A stretch of 64,000 bases of DNA from an uncultured Acidimicrobiia bacterium (lineage in GTDB: Bacteria; Actinomycetota; Acidimicrobiia; Spongiisociales; UBA5794): NCBI GenBank assembly GCA_963704825.1, contig CAVPHV010000017.1, forward strand, positions 234,994-298,993. Direction: 5' to 3'. The position numbers and the translations under genes are program-made. Numbering within the stretch: the stretch's first letter is position 1; every line of letters begins with the position of its first letter. Of this stretch, positions 45,501-55,800 are shown one piece after another. Below the pieces are notes generated by a model, which saw nothing but the letters and a program-made list of their open reading frames with translations, did no database searches and had not been told where the DNA came from.

Positions 45501-46732
45501 CAGGCGGGCACCGGGATCCGGGCGGTCACCTTGTAGCCGCCGCCGCTGCGGGGCCCCGACGAGAACTCGCCGCCGAGCAGGGCAACCCGCTCCTGCATCC
45601 CCAGTAAGCCGTGGCCGCCGCCATCCTGGGTGGCGAGGGCTTCTGCTGCCCCGCGGCCGTCATCGGTGACCTCGAGCCCGAGCTCCCGATCGGCGAACTC
45701 GAGCTGGACCTTGGCTCGCACGGCGGGGCCGCCGTGCTTGAGCGTGTTGGTGAGTGATTCCTGAATGATGCGGTAGGCGCTGAGGTCGATGCCGGCCGGC
45801 AGCGGGCGCGGGGTGCCGGCTATGACAACGTCGATGGAAAGGCCGGCCTCGGCCATCTGCTCCACCAGGCCGTCAAGCCGCGCCAGCCCGGGTTGTGGGC
45901 TTCGCGTCGCCGTCTGCTCTTCGGTGCGAAGGAGGCCGAGGAGTCTGCGCATTTCGGCCAGAGCGTCGTGGCCCGCCTCCTCGATGGCCGTGAGTGCCTC
46001 AGCAGCCTTGTCGGGATCGCGGTCAAGCACCCTCGACGCCGCGGCGGCCTGGATGGTCATCACCGTCATCTCGTGGGCAACGACGTCGTGGAGCTCCCTG
46101 GCGATCCGGGCGCGTTCCTCCCGCACGGCACGGCGGGCTCGCTCCTCGCGATCTCGTTCGAGCAGCTTGGTGCGTTCCTCGAGTTCGGTGAGGTAGCGGC
46201 GCCGCTCGTGGACCTCGCGCCCGAGGAACAAGGGCAGCACGGACCCAACCAGCACCAGGAGCACGGTGCCGAAATCGACACTCTCGTTATAGGCCACTCC
46301 CGACAGGGTGAAGAGGGTGAGGACCCCGGCGGCGCCCAATCCGATGACGAGCGATTGGCGACGAGGGAGTTCGCTGCCGAGGCTGTGGAAGGCGAACAGG
46401 ACGCCGGCAACGGCAATGCTGCTCGGGTAGTCGAGCCCGCGATCGATCATGAACGAACCGGCGACGATGAACAGCACCGGGATCGGCCGGATGCGGCGAA
46501 AGGCCAGCGGCAGCGTCTGGGTCAGCGCCAGAAGATAGGCCCACCCGTCGGGCGCCCGGCGGAACAGACCTTGCAGACCTTCGCCCGCGTTGGCGAGCTG
46601 GAACACCGCAATGAGGGCGAGGCCGACCGCGATGATGCCGTCGGCCATCCAGTAGGGATAGGTGCGCCGCTGCGGCATGCTCTCCATAGGGGTCGATGGT
46701 ATCGGCCGCCACCGGGCCTCCGCATCATCCAC
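45500..46732 (-). CDS. Membrane sensor histidine kinase (HisKA_3)
   Basis: GTG start after GAGGAG; TM sensor; 'RELHDVVAH', 'QESLTNTLKH', 'DDGRG', 'GHGLLGMQER'. Confidence 0.92.
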   Translation of the reverse strand: MDDAEARWRPIPSTPMESMPQRRTYPYWMADGIIAVGLALIAVFQLANAGEGLQGLFRRAPDGWAYLLALTQTLPLAFRRIRPIPVLFIVAGSFMIDRGLDYPSSIAVAGVLFAFHSLGSELPRRQSLVIGLGAAGVLTLFTLSGVAYNESVDFGTVLLVLVGSVLPLFLGREVHERRRYLTELEERTKLLERDREERARRAVREERARIARELHDVVAHEMTVMTIQAAAASRVLDRDPDKAAEALTAIEEAGHDALAEMRRLLGLLRTEEQTATRSPQPGLARLDGLVEQMAEAGLSIDVVIAGTPRPLPAGIDLSAYRIIQESLTNTLKHGGPAVRAKVQLEFADRELGLEVTDDGRGAAEALATQDGGGHGLLGMQERVALLGGEFSSGPRSGGGYKVTARIPVPA

Positions 46733-46788
46733 GGGGAGGATTCCTCCTCGTTCCCGCGAATGAGGTCGATTGGGAACGGCGTCGCTGG

Positions 46789-47643
46789 CTAAACCGCTCT
46801 CCGGTAGCGATTGATCGCCAGCGGGATGAAGATGGCCAGCAGACCCAGGCTCCAGGCAATCGACTGGAGCATGTACGTCTGCAGCGAGTGGTCGAAGAGT
46901 CCGGGGACGTCTTGACCGATCACCAGCAGCCGCACCGCGTTGACCGTGACCGTCACCGGGTTGAGGTTGGCAAAGGTCTGCAACCAACCGGGCATGGATG
47001 CCGTCGGGACAAACGCCGATGATGCGAACACCAGCGGGAAGAGCCATACGAAGCTTGCCGCCTGCACCGACTCGACGTCTTTCAGCGCCAGCCCAATTGT
47101 CGCCGAAATCCAGGTGAAGGCGTATCCGAACAGCAGCACCAGGGCGATCGCGATGAGGGTCTTGACGAAGCCACCCATGAAGCGGAATCCAATCAGGTAG
47201 CCGACCCCGATCATCAGCAGGATGACGAAGAGGTTGCGGATCGAATCTGAGCCGGTGCGGCCGGCCAGCACCGCAGAGCGTGCCATCGGGAGCGAGCGGA
47301 AACGATCGATCAGGCCCTTGCCGAGGTCCTCGGCGAGTCCGATCCCCGTATTGGTCGATCCGAACACCGCGGTCTGCACGAAGATGCCGGGCATCAGGAA
47401 GGTGATGTATTCGAAGCCGGGAATCGGGATGCCCGAGGTGATGGCCCCGCCGAAGACGAAGTTGAACAGCAGCACGAACATGATGGGCTGAATCGTCGAG
47501 AAGATCAGCAGTGTCGGCACCCGCACGTACTTGAGCAGGTTGCGCTTGGTCAGGACGAGGGCATCGGTGATGGTCCACTTGATGGCGGCAAAGCCGGTGG
47601 GTGTTGCTCGTGGCGTCCGTGCGGTGTCGGTCTGGGTCGCCAT
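46789..47643 (-). CDS. ABC-2 type exporter permease (DrrB-like)
   Basis: 'IQPIMFVLLF', 'FLMPGI', 'DRFRSLPM', 'NPVT'. Confidence 0.92.
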   Translation of the reverse strand: MATQTDTARTPRATPTGFAAIKWTITDALVLTKRNLLKYVRVPTLLIFSTIQPIMFVLLFNFVFGGAITSGIPIPGFEYITFLMPGIFVQTAVFGSTNTGIGLAEDLGKGLIDRFRSLPMARSAVLAGRTGSDSIRNLFVILLMIGVGYLIGFRFMGGFVKTLIAIALVLLFGYAFTWISATIGLALKDVESVQAASFVWLFPLVFASSAFVPTASMPGWLQTFANLNPVTVTVNAVRLLVIGQDVPGLFDHSLQTYMLQSIAWSLGLLAIFIPLAINRYRRAV

Positions 47644-48644
47644 CAGCCTTTCCTCCCGCGCCGCTTGCCGCCCTTGGCTTGGCCGTTGGCGGCAACCTCA
47701 GGCTCGACGTGGCGTCCGGTGATGGTGAGGAACACGTCGTCGAGGGTAGGTCGATGGATGGCGATGTCGGCGAGTGTGATGCCGGCGGCGTCGACCCGGC
47801 GCACCGCATCTGTGATCGTTCCGACGGCGCTCTCGACGGGGACCCGGACGATTCCTTCGTCGAGTTCGAAGGTTGGTTCGCCACAGCACATCCCGGCCAC
47901 CGCCTCAGCAGCAAGGCCCATTTGGGACGGGTCGGCGAGGTGCAGTTCGAGTACATCCCCGCCGATGGTCGCCTTGAGCTCCGTCGAGGTGCCTTCGGCG
48001 ATGACTTTGCCTTGGTCGATGACGGCAATCCGGTCGGCGAGGCGGTCCGCTTCTTCGAGGTACTGGGTGGTCAGCAGCAGCGTGGTGCCTTCGTCCACGA
48101 GGTTTTCGATGAATTCCCACAGCCCGAGCCTGCTGCGGGGGTCGAGGCCGGTGGTCGGCTCGTCGAGGAACAGCACCTGGGGTTCGCCGACCAGGCTGGC
48201 GGCGAGGTCGAGCCGTCGCCGCATCCCGCCCGAGTAGGTCTTGACCTGCCGGTCGGCGGCGTCGGCCAGGTCGAACCGTTCGAGGATCTCGTCCGCACGG
48301 CGATTGGTCTCCGGCTTGCTCAGCCGGTAGAGCCTGCCGACCATCTGGAGGTTCTCGCGACCGGTGAGAATCTCATCGACCGCAGCCGATTGACCGGCGA
48401 GGCCGATCACCGACCTCAGCTTGGGCGCGTCGGTTACGACGTCGTAGCCGGCAACGGTTGCTTTGCCCGAGTCGGGTTTGAGCAGCGTGGTGAGAATACG
48501 AACCATGGTGGTCTTGCCGGCTCCGTTTGGGCCGAGCAGGCCGAACACGGTGCCCGCTTGGACCTCGAGATCGATGCCGGTGAGCGCAACAACGTCACCG
48601 AATGATTTGGTGACGTGCTCGGCGGTGATGATGGGATCGGTCAA
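47643..48644 (-). CDS. ABC exporter ATP-binding protein (DrrA-like)
   Basis: GPNGAGKT, 'YSGGMRRRLDLA', 'LDEPTTGLDP', 'TTQYLEEAD'. Confidence 0.95.
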   Translation of the reverse strand: MTDPIITAEHVTKSFGDVVALTGIDLEVQAGTVFGLLGPNGAGKTTMVRILTTLLKPDSGKATVAGYDVVTDAPKLRSVIGLAGQSAAVDEILTGRENLQMVGRLYRLSKPETNRRADEILERFDLADAADRQVKTYSGGMRRRLDLAASLVGEPQVLFLDEPTTGLDPRSRLGLWEFIENLVDEGTTLLLTTQYLEEADRLADRIAVIDQGKVIAEGTSTELKATIGGDVLELHLADPSQMGLAAEAVAGMCCGEPTFELDEGIVRVPVESAVGTITDAVRRVDAAGITLADIAIHRPTLDDVFLTITGRHVEPEVAANGQAKGGKRRGRKG

Positions 48645-48733
48645 CAGGACGGCTCCGTAGTCGTTGGGTCGGCAATGCTACGCACAGTGCAGAGCCTATC
48701 CGACACGATGTCGAGGGAGCGACGGCGCAGCGG

Positions 48734-50077
48734 CTAACAGAGGTCTGCGCCGTTGTCGGCGAGGACCTGTCGGTACCAGTGGGCGCTGTCCTTCAGGATA
48801 CGATCCTGTGTGTCGTAGTCCACCCGGACGATGCCAAACCGCTGGGCGTATCCTCGGGCCCATTCGAAGTTGTCTATGAGCGACCAGACGAAGTAGCCGC
48901 GCACGTCGACCCCGGCCGCAATGGCGACGGCCAGCGCCTTCAGGTGCCGTTCGAGGTAGTCGACACGGTCGGCGTCGTGGACTTCGCCGTCGACGACTTC
49001 GTCGGGAAAGGCTGCTCCGTTCTCGGTGACGTAAATCGGGGGAAGGTCGTAGTCGCGGTCCAGCCGGATCAGGAGGTCGGTCAGGCCCTGCGGGTAGACC
49101 TCCCACCCCATCGTGGTCTGCGGCAGATCGGCCTCCACGATCGGCTGGGGCCGTTCGAGGTCGTCGAGGCTCGGATCGGCCTGAACTTCGCGGGTGTAGT
49201 AGTTGACGCCGAGCAGGTCCAACGGCTGGCTGATCGCGTTCATGTCCCCGTCGAAAACGGGTCCCATGTCCCAGTTGAAGCGACGTACCGCGTCCTCCGG
49301 GTAGCGGCCGAGGAAGATCGGATCGTAGAACCAACGGCTCATGCGCTCGTGGGCTTGTTCGGCTGCAAGCCGGTCGAGTCGGTGGTCGGAACGCGCCACC
49401 ATGGTGTCAGAGTTGATGACGATGCCGACCTTGGCGTCGGAGTTGGCCGCTCGCAGTGCTTGGGCGGCGTAGCCATGGGCGAGCATGGTGTGGTGGGCGG
49501 CGGCCAGTCCATCCTCGAGTGAGGTTCGGCCCGGCGCATGCTCGCCGTCGATGTAGCCGCGGTGAGCGACAACCCAGGGTTCGTTGATCGTGAGCCAGTT
49601 CTCTATCCGGTCGCCGAGATGTTGGGCAACGACCTCGGCGTAGTCGGCGAACGCAAAGGCGGTGGATCGAAAGGGCCACCCGCCGTCGGCTTCGAGGGAA
49701 ACGGGCAGGTCCCAGTGATAGAGCGTCGCAAAGGGTGTGATGTCGTTGGCGAGCAACTCGTCGACGAGTTGAGAGTAGAAATCGAGCCCGGCCTGGTTCA
49801 CCCGGCCCCGTCCCATCGGCATGATCCGGGGCCAGGCGATGGAGAACCGGTAGGCCTGGAGTCCGAGGTCCCGCATGATGGCGATGTCTTCCCGCCAACG
49901 GTGGTAGTGGTCGCAGGCGACGTCACCGGTGTCGCCGTTGCGAGTGCGCCCCGGGGAGTGGGCGAATTGATCCCAAATGCTTGGGCCTCGTCCGTCCTCG
50001 GCGACGGCCCCCTCGATTTGATAGGCCGCGGTAGCCGCGCCCCAGGTGAATCCGGGTGGGAATGGTGCTGAACTCAT
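48734..50077 (-). CDS. GH1 beta-glucosidase
   Basis: 'ATAAYQIEGA', 'YRFSIAWPR', acid/base 'TINEP', nucleophile 'TENG'. Confidence 0.96.
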   Translation of the reverse strand: MSSAPFPPGFTWGAATAAYQIEGAVAEDGRGPSIWDQFAHSPGRTRNGDTGDVACDHYHRWREDIAIMRDLGLQAYRFSIAWPRIMPMGRGRVNQAGLDFYSQLVDELLANDITPFATLYHWDLPVSLEADGGWPFRSTAFAFADYAEVVAQHLGDRIENWLTINEPWVVAHRGYIDGEHAPGRTSLEDGLAAAHHTMLAHGYAAQALRAANSDAKVGIVINSDTMVARSDHRLDRLAAEQAHERMSRWFYDPIFLGRYPEDAVRRFNWDMGPVFDGDMNAISQPLDLLGVNYYTREVQADPSLDDLERPQPIVEADLPQTTMGWEVYPQGLTDLLIRLDRDYDLPPIYVTENGAAFPDEVVDGEVHDADRVDYLERHLKALAVAIAAGVDVRGYFVWSLIDNFEWARGYAQRFGIVRVDYDTQDRILKDSAHWYRQVLADNGADLC

Positions 50078-50197
50078 GGCGCCACAGTAGACAAGATGAT
50101 CCTGCCCAACGGGCCTCGCAGGGCCGCCCCTCGGAGCTTGCGTCCTCCCTCGCGGCAGATGGCGGAGGGGGCCGCGAGTCCCTCAGCGCAAGCACAC

Positions 50198-50998
50198 TCA
50201 GGGCGCGACTCTGGCGACCCACTCGGCGATGTCGGCGATCACCTCGTCGCGGTTGAGTTCGTTGACCAGTTCGTGTTTGGCTCCGGGGTAGACCTTGAGG
50301 GTCTTGTCGTTCGACGGCATGCGCTCGGCGGCGTCTTGGCTGGCAGCGACGGGGACAAACGGGTCGGCGGCGCCATGGAGGAAGAGAACCGGCATGGTGA
50401 TGCGATCGATGTCGGCATTGAAGCGGTCGAGGGCGACCACCTCTGCTTCGAGCAGGGGGCGCTTGTAGCCACCGTGGTACACCAGCGGATCGTTGGCATA
50501 CGAGGCGACCGTTTCTGGGTCGCGCGACATGCCGCCAGGGTCGCTCGACTCCTGAGGAATCTCGGGCAGGTCCAGTACCTCGCGAGCCCAGACCCAATCG
50601 CCGAGCACGGCACCCATGAACCCGACCCCGGCGAGCGATTCGGGGCGTCGTTCGGCGTAGCGGGCGGTGAGCAGACCGCCCATGGAGTGGCCCAGCATCA
50701 CGATGAGTGCCCCGGGGTGGTCGTGGCGGGCGATGTCGACCAAGGTCGAGAGGTCGTCCACGACGTGCTCGAAATCGGCGATGAGGGCCCGCTCGCCTTC
50801 GGTGCGGCCGTGACCGATGTGGTCGGGGGCGTAGACGGAGGCACCTTGGGCAGAAAGCGCTTCGGCGACGTGGCGGTAGCGGCCGCCGTACTCGGCGTAG
50901 CCGTGGACCAGGACAACGATCCGTTGGGTCGGACCCTGGGGGTCCCAGCGCCGGTAGAACACTCGGCCTTCGCTTCCGTCAAACGTTGCCTCGAGCAT
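50198..50998 (-). CDS. Lysophospholipase/monoacylglycerol lipase-like alpha/beta hydrolase
   Basis: 'HGYAEYGGRY', 'DHIGHGRT', 'GHSMGG', 'HELVNE'. Confidence 0.9.
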   Translation of the reverse strand: MLEATFDGSEGRVFYRRWDPQGPTQRIVVLVHGYAEYGGRYRHVAEALSAQGASVYAPDHIGHGRTEGERALIADFEHVVDDLSTLVDIARHDHPGALIVMLGHSMGGLLTARYAERRPESLAGVGFMGAVLGDWVWAREVLDLPEIPQESSDPGGMSRDPETVASYANDPLVYHGGYKRPLLEAEVVALDRFNADIDRITMPVLFLHGAADPFVPVAASQDAAERMPSNDKTLKVYPGAKHELVNELNRDEVIADIAEWVARVAP

Positions 50999-51191
50999 CT
51001 CAGGTCTCCTGCGTCGTAGTCGCCCCAGTGTCGGGGTCTGCGGCGCTCGGCCATAGGGGAAGATGGCCCCCGGATCGCTCCGGTTGGCTCTGCTCGTGGT
51101 GCGTCGCTGATCCAGCCTTCGATCCGGGGCGCCGTGGTGGAGTCTCCGGATTCCGGTATCGTCGTGACCCGAGCACTTCGGGGAGGAAGAG

Positions 51192-52700
51192 ATGGCGAGG
51201 ACTCTGGTCGATTGGCAGGAAGCGGCCGCGGTGGCCGAGCCCCGCAACCGCTGCTTCATCGACGGTGAGTGGGTCGACGCTGCCGACGGCGCCACGTTCG
51301 ATTGCATCAACCCAGCGAATGGCCGGACGATCACCGCGGTTGCCTCCGGTGATGTGACCGACATCAATCGGGCCGTCATCGCGGCTCGGGCGGCCTTCGA
51401 GGATGGCCGCTGGCGCAAACTCACACCTCGGCAGCGCGGGCAGCGGTTGATCAGACTCGCCGACCTCATCGAAGAGCACGGCGATGAGCTCCAGCTGCTC
51501 GAAACGCTCGACATCGGCAAGCCGATTCGGTACACCCGCCGGGTCGACCTGACGCAGGCCCAGCTCAACTACCGCTGGTACGGCGAGGCTGCCGACAAGC
51601 TGTACGACGACATCTCGCCGAGCGGGCCCGACGCGCTCGGCTTGATCACCCGCGAACCCGTCGGCGTTGTCGGGGCGATCACGCCGTGGAACTTCCCGAT
51701 GATGATCAATGCCTGGAAGCTGGCTCCCGCCTTGATGGCGGGCAACTCCGTGGTGTTGAAGCCCGCCGAGCAATCGCCGCTCACGGCGCTGCGGATCGCG
51801 GAACTGGCCGTGGAGGCCGGAATCCCCGTCGGAGTGCTCAATGTCGTTCCCGGATACGGGGAGACCGCCGGCCAGGCGCTGGCGCTCCATATGGACGTGG
51901 ATGCCATCGCATTCACCGGTTCGGGCGTTGTCGGCAAGCTGCTGCTGCAGTACTCCGGGCAGAGCAACATGAAGCGGGTTTCGCTGGAAACCGGAGGCAA
52001 GACACCAAACATCGTCTTTGCCGATGCCCCTGACCTGGACTTTGCGGTCGGCGCGGTTGGGTTCTCGATCTTCTGGAACACGGGTGAGATGTGCCTTGCC
52101 GGTTCCCGCCTGCTCGTCGAGGAGGCCGTGTACGACGATGTGGTCGCTCGGCTCGGGGACGTTGCCGCTGATTGGCAGCCCGGCGATCCACTCGACCCGG
52201 CGACCAAGGCGGGTCCCGTGGTCGATGCCGATCAACTCGACCGGGTTACCGGGTACATCGAGATCGGTGTCGAAGAGGGCGCCCAACTCGTCACCGGCGG
52301 CAACCGGGCCCTGGAGGAGACCGGTGGCTACTTCGTCGAGCCAACTGTGTTCTCGGGGGTCGACAATTCGATGCGGGTGGCACAAGAGGAGATCTTCGGT
52401 CCGGTGTTGAGCGTTGTTCCGTTTGCCGACGAGGGCGAGGCGCTACAGATCGCCAACGACACGGACTTTGGGCTCGCCGCGGCGGTGTGGACCTCCAACC
52501 TGGCCAGGGCCCATCGGATGTCGCGGGAACTGCGTGCCGGCACGGTGTGGGTCAACAACTTCGATCAGGCCGACATCTCGGCCCCGTTTGGTGGCTTCAA
52601 GCAGTCCGGCTTCGGGGGCAAAGACAAGTCCCTGTGGGCGATCGACAAGTACACCAACGTCAAGACGACCTGGATCAACCTCGGCAGAGGCGGCAGTTAG
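51192..52700 (+). CDS. Aldehyde dehydrogenase (PuuC-like)
   Basis: 'PWNFP', 'KPAEQSP', 'FTGS', 'LETGGK', catalytic Cys 'GEMCLAG', 'EEIFGP'. Confidence 0.95.
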   Translation: MARTLVDWQEAAAVAEPRNRCFIDGEWVDAADGATFDCINPANGRTITAVASGDVTDINRAVIAARAAFEDGRWRKLTPRQRGQRLIRLADLIEEHGDELQLLETLDIGKPIRYTRRVDLTQAQLNYRWYGEAADKLYDDISPSGPDALGLITREPVGVVGAITPWNFPMMINAWKLAPALMAGNSVVLKPAEQSPLTALRIAELAVEAGIPVGVLNVVPGYGETAGQALALHMDVDAIAFTGSGVVGKLLLQYSGQSNMKRVSLETGGKTPNIVFADAPDLDFAVGAVGFSIFWNTGEMCLAGSRLLVEEAVYDDVVARLGDVAADWQPGDPLDPATKAGPVVDADQLDRVTGYIEIGVEEGAQLVTGGNRALEETGGYFVEPTVFSGVDNSMRVAQEEIFGPVLSVVPFADEGEALQIANDTDFGLAAAVWTSNLARAHRMSRELRAGTVWVNNFDQADISAPFGGFKQSGFGGKDKSLWAIDKYTNVKTTWINLGRGGS

Positions 52701-52765
52701 GGACGCCGGTCGGCGGCCTTCGACAGAAGCCGTTCGCCGCACTCGTTCGTGGTTGCGGCGAGGTA

Positions 52766-52811
52766 TTCGGCGGAGTCCGGCAATTCCCCCCATGAAACCG
52801 GACTCCGCCGA
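52766..52811. repeat. Perfect hairpin between convergent genes (bidirectional terminator or REP-like)
   Basis: TTCGGCGGAGTCCGG (52766-52780)/CCGGACTCCGCCGAA (52797-52811). Confidence 0.8.
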
Positions 52812-52874
52812 AACTTTGGCACCGGCCCCTGGCCGGGTCCGGGCGATCCCGCAGCCCAGTAGTTCAGGAGCCTC

Positions 52875-55800
52875 CTAGGTCGCGACCACGATCGTCACGC
52901 TGGTCCTGAGGATGCGATTCAGCGGATCGTTCGTTCGCACCACGACCTGAGCTTGGTACGTGCCCGGGGCGAGCCCGGTGGCGTCGACATTCACGATCAG
53001 CGGCTGCGTTCCGTCCGGAACCAGGGTGCCGGCGTCGGGCACAACGCTGAGCCAAGGCACGTCGACGAACGGTTCGAAAGCCACCGCGTATGGCACCGAG
53101 TTCTCCAGGATGACGGCACCGTCCTGGCCGAACAGCCAGGCGAACTCGAGAGTCTGGCCGAAGGCGAGCACCCTTCCCGAGCCGACCCCGTACTCGATCG
53201 TGGTCGGCTCTCGGGAGTCGATGCCGATGGCGATCGTCGAGCCCTCGGGGGTGTTGGCGAAGGTGGCATGGCTCGCCTCACTTCCGCTGAACGTCTCCGG
53301 GACGCCGCTCATGACTGGGTGGTCGGCCTGTACAACGACGTTCTCCGACTCGATGAGAGGGCCTGAGACCGTGACGCCATCTGGCAGTTGCAGGCCGTCG
53401 GTGTCGCCTCCGTTCCATCCCCATCCCGCTGCGCCAAACCACAAGAACCCGCCGTCCGCAACGTAGTCATCAAACCGAGCAGCATTGGCCTGGTATTGAT
53501 CGTAGAACGACTGCGGCTGGTCGTTTGAGACGAACACCACCTCGTATCCAGACATGTCGATGCTGGCCATGCTGCTCGAGCCGACGAGGTCAAAGATGAT
53601 GCCGTTGTTCGACAACACCTGTTGCAGGGCATCACTGTCCCATGGCAAGGCGTCCTGGAAGACGAGGACCGTTGCCCCATCCTCCTGGATTGCGGGCGTC
53701 TGTCGGGTTGGGCGTGAGCCGACGATATCGCTGGTCCTCACCGGAACTTGCTCCGGCCGTGCCGAGGCGCCCGGTAGGGCCGGCGCGTCCAACCCGCCCA
53801 TGCGCTCGAGAACCTCAAACTCGAGATCAACCAGGCCGCCGATGTTGCCGAGGTTCAGCTCACCGCTGTCGGAGCCGCCGAGGGGCAGTTCGAACACGAG
53901 TGGCCCACCCTCCAGTGTTGCCTCCGGCCACAACGGCTCGATTGCGATGTCCAGTTGCGCAGCCGACCCGGCGACCACGGTGACTTCGCCCTCGAAGGTC
54001 TGGTAGCCGGTGAAGGAGGCCTCGATCGGCCACGTGCCTTCTGGAACAAACAGCTGGTAGGCACCGCTGACATCGTCCGCCGCTCCCATCACGTCGAAGG
54101 GGCCGCCGTCGCGTTGCGCGTGGATCGTCAACTCTGCCGGAACCGGGTATCCGCCCCGGGCATTGGTGACAACGCCACCGGCGCTGCCGAAATCGGCCGG
54201 CAAGGCAACCTCGAGCTCAACACCGACCTCATGGTTGCGGCGCCGCGGGTCGTTCGTGACGAACACCAACGTGCCGGAGTATTCGCCGGGATCGACTCCC
54301 TCACCGCCGAGCGTGACCGTCACGGTCGCACTCTCGCCGGGCGGAACAATTCCCAACTGGGGGTCTTGCGTCATCCACGGGGCATCGCGGAACGGCTGGA
54401 TCGTCCCATGACCGATGTCGGCGGCCCAATCCGTCGGTTCGTTCCAGTCGCCAAACACGGTATCGATGTCGATGAGGCCGTCGTCGAAGCCGAGCACCGC
54501 CAACGGCACGTCGAACTGATACGCCTGGTCGACTCGCACGACGGCGACCTCAGCCAGGAACTCGAAGGTGTTGGCGTCGATCACGTAGCCGAAGCCATCA
54601 GCGGCGCCAAACAAGTCGACGAAGTACTCCATGCCGATGTCTTGCGTCGGCAGACCGAAGAAGGCCTCGGGGGGCAGCCCGGTCGAGGCGTTCTGGTCCG
54701 TGTCGAGGTACACGACACCACCTGCCTGCTCCATCGGCGTATCCGCGGTGAACTCGACCATCACCGAGATCTCAGCTGTGTCGGCCCCACCGCTCACGGT
54801 TGTAACGTCCACCGACCCGATGGCATCGCCCGTGGGGTCCTCGATGACGGGCTCCAGGGTTCCGAGGAAGGTGGGCTCGGCGGCGAAGCTGGGACCGAAG
54901 CCTTCCGGCACGGCCAACGATCCCCACGTGATGGGGCGCGTGATGTGGATCGTCGGAACGGGCGGGAGATTCGGTGGAGTCCCGCCGTCGTCGCGCTCTT
55001 TCGCCTCCCACGTCAGGGGCGCGGATCCGGTGTTGGTGATGACCACCGTCGCGTCGCTCGAGACTCCCAGCTCGGTCGTGGCAACAATCTCGCTCGGGAC
55101 GACCTGGGCGCGGGCTGCCTTCAGCTGCGGGCTCGAGGTAGTGGTCCTGCGGTTGAAGATCTGGAGCCGCGTCGACGAGGACACGTAGTCAGCGGCTTCG
55201 ACGGTCACGTCGTAGCGACCCGGAACCAACCTGAGGGAATACGACCCGTCCTCCGCCGTAGTCGTCGTACGGCCGCCCGGCGATGCCGTCACGACGGCTC
55301 CGGCAACCGGCGCACCATCGTTGGCGTCGGTCACCACGCCGGACACATGACCGGTGGGGACGACTGAGAACCTCCACGCCGAATTGGACTTCAGCGTTGG
55401 CTCCTGAAAGGCGAGCTGGAGTCCATCGGTGCCGCCGGAGTTCTCGATTCCGGCCGTCGCGTTGCGTCCAGACAGCAGATTCTCCATGCCGGCGCCGTAG
55501 ATCAAGTCGATACTGCCGTCCCAGCGCAGCTTCACCTCGAAGTTGGCGCCCGCATCTGAGCCGAGCGCTGGGACGTTCGAATACTCGACAACAAACACCT
55601 TGCGTCGACCCTCTTTGACCACGCCATAGTCGATGTGGGCGTCACCGACGACCCACAGGTCTTGCCAAGCGGCATAGACCGCTGCGTTCGGCTCGTCCCG
55701 ATTCGGGACCGTGGAGTTCCAGAACTCGCTGTAGCCATAGAACTGATCCTCGAAAGCGAGGTAGCCGTTCGACGCGATGAACAGGTCCTCGTAGCGCTCC

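Noticed and set aside
45500-48028. 842-aa giant histidine kinase in the ORF track
   Set aside because: The N-terminal ~430 codons are an off-frame shadow of the two ABC genes; the real start is about 46732.
50078-50197. GC-rich structured intergenic stretch as an ncRNA
   Set aside because: Only short imperfect stems, with no second copy or recognisable family.
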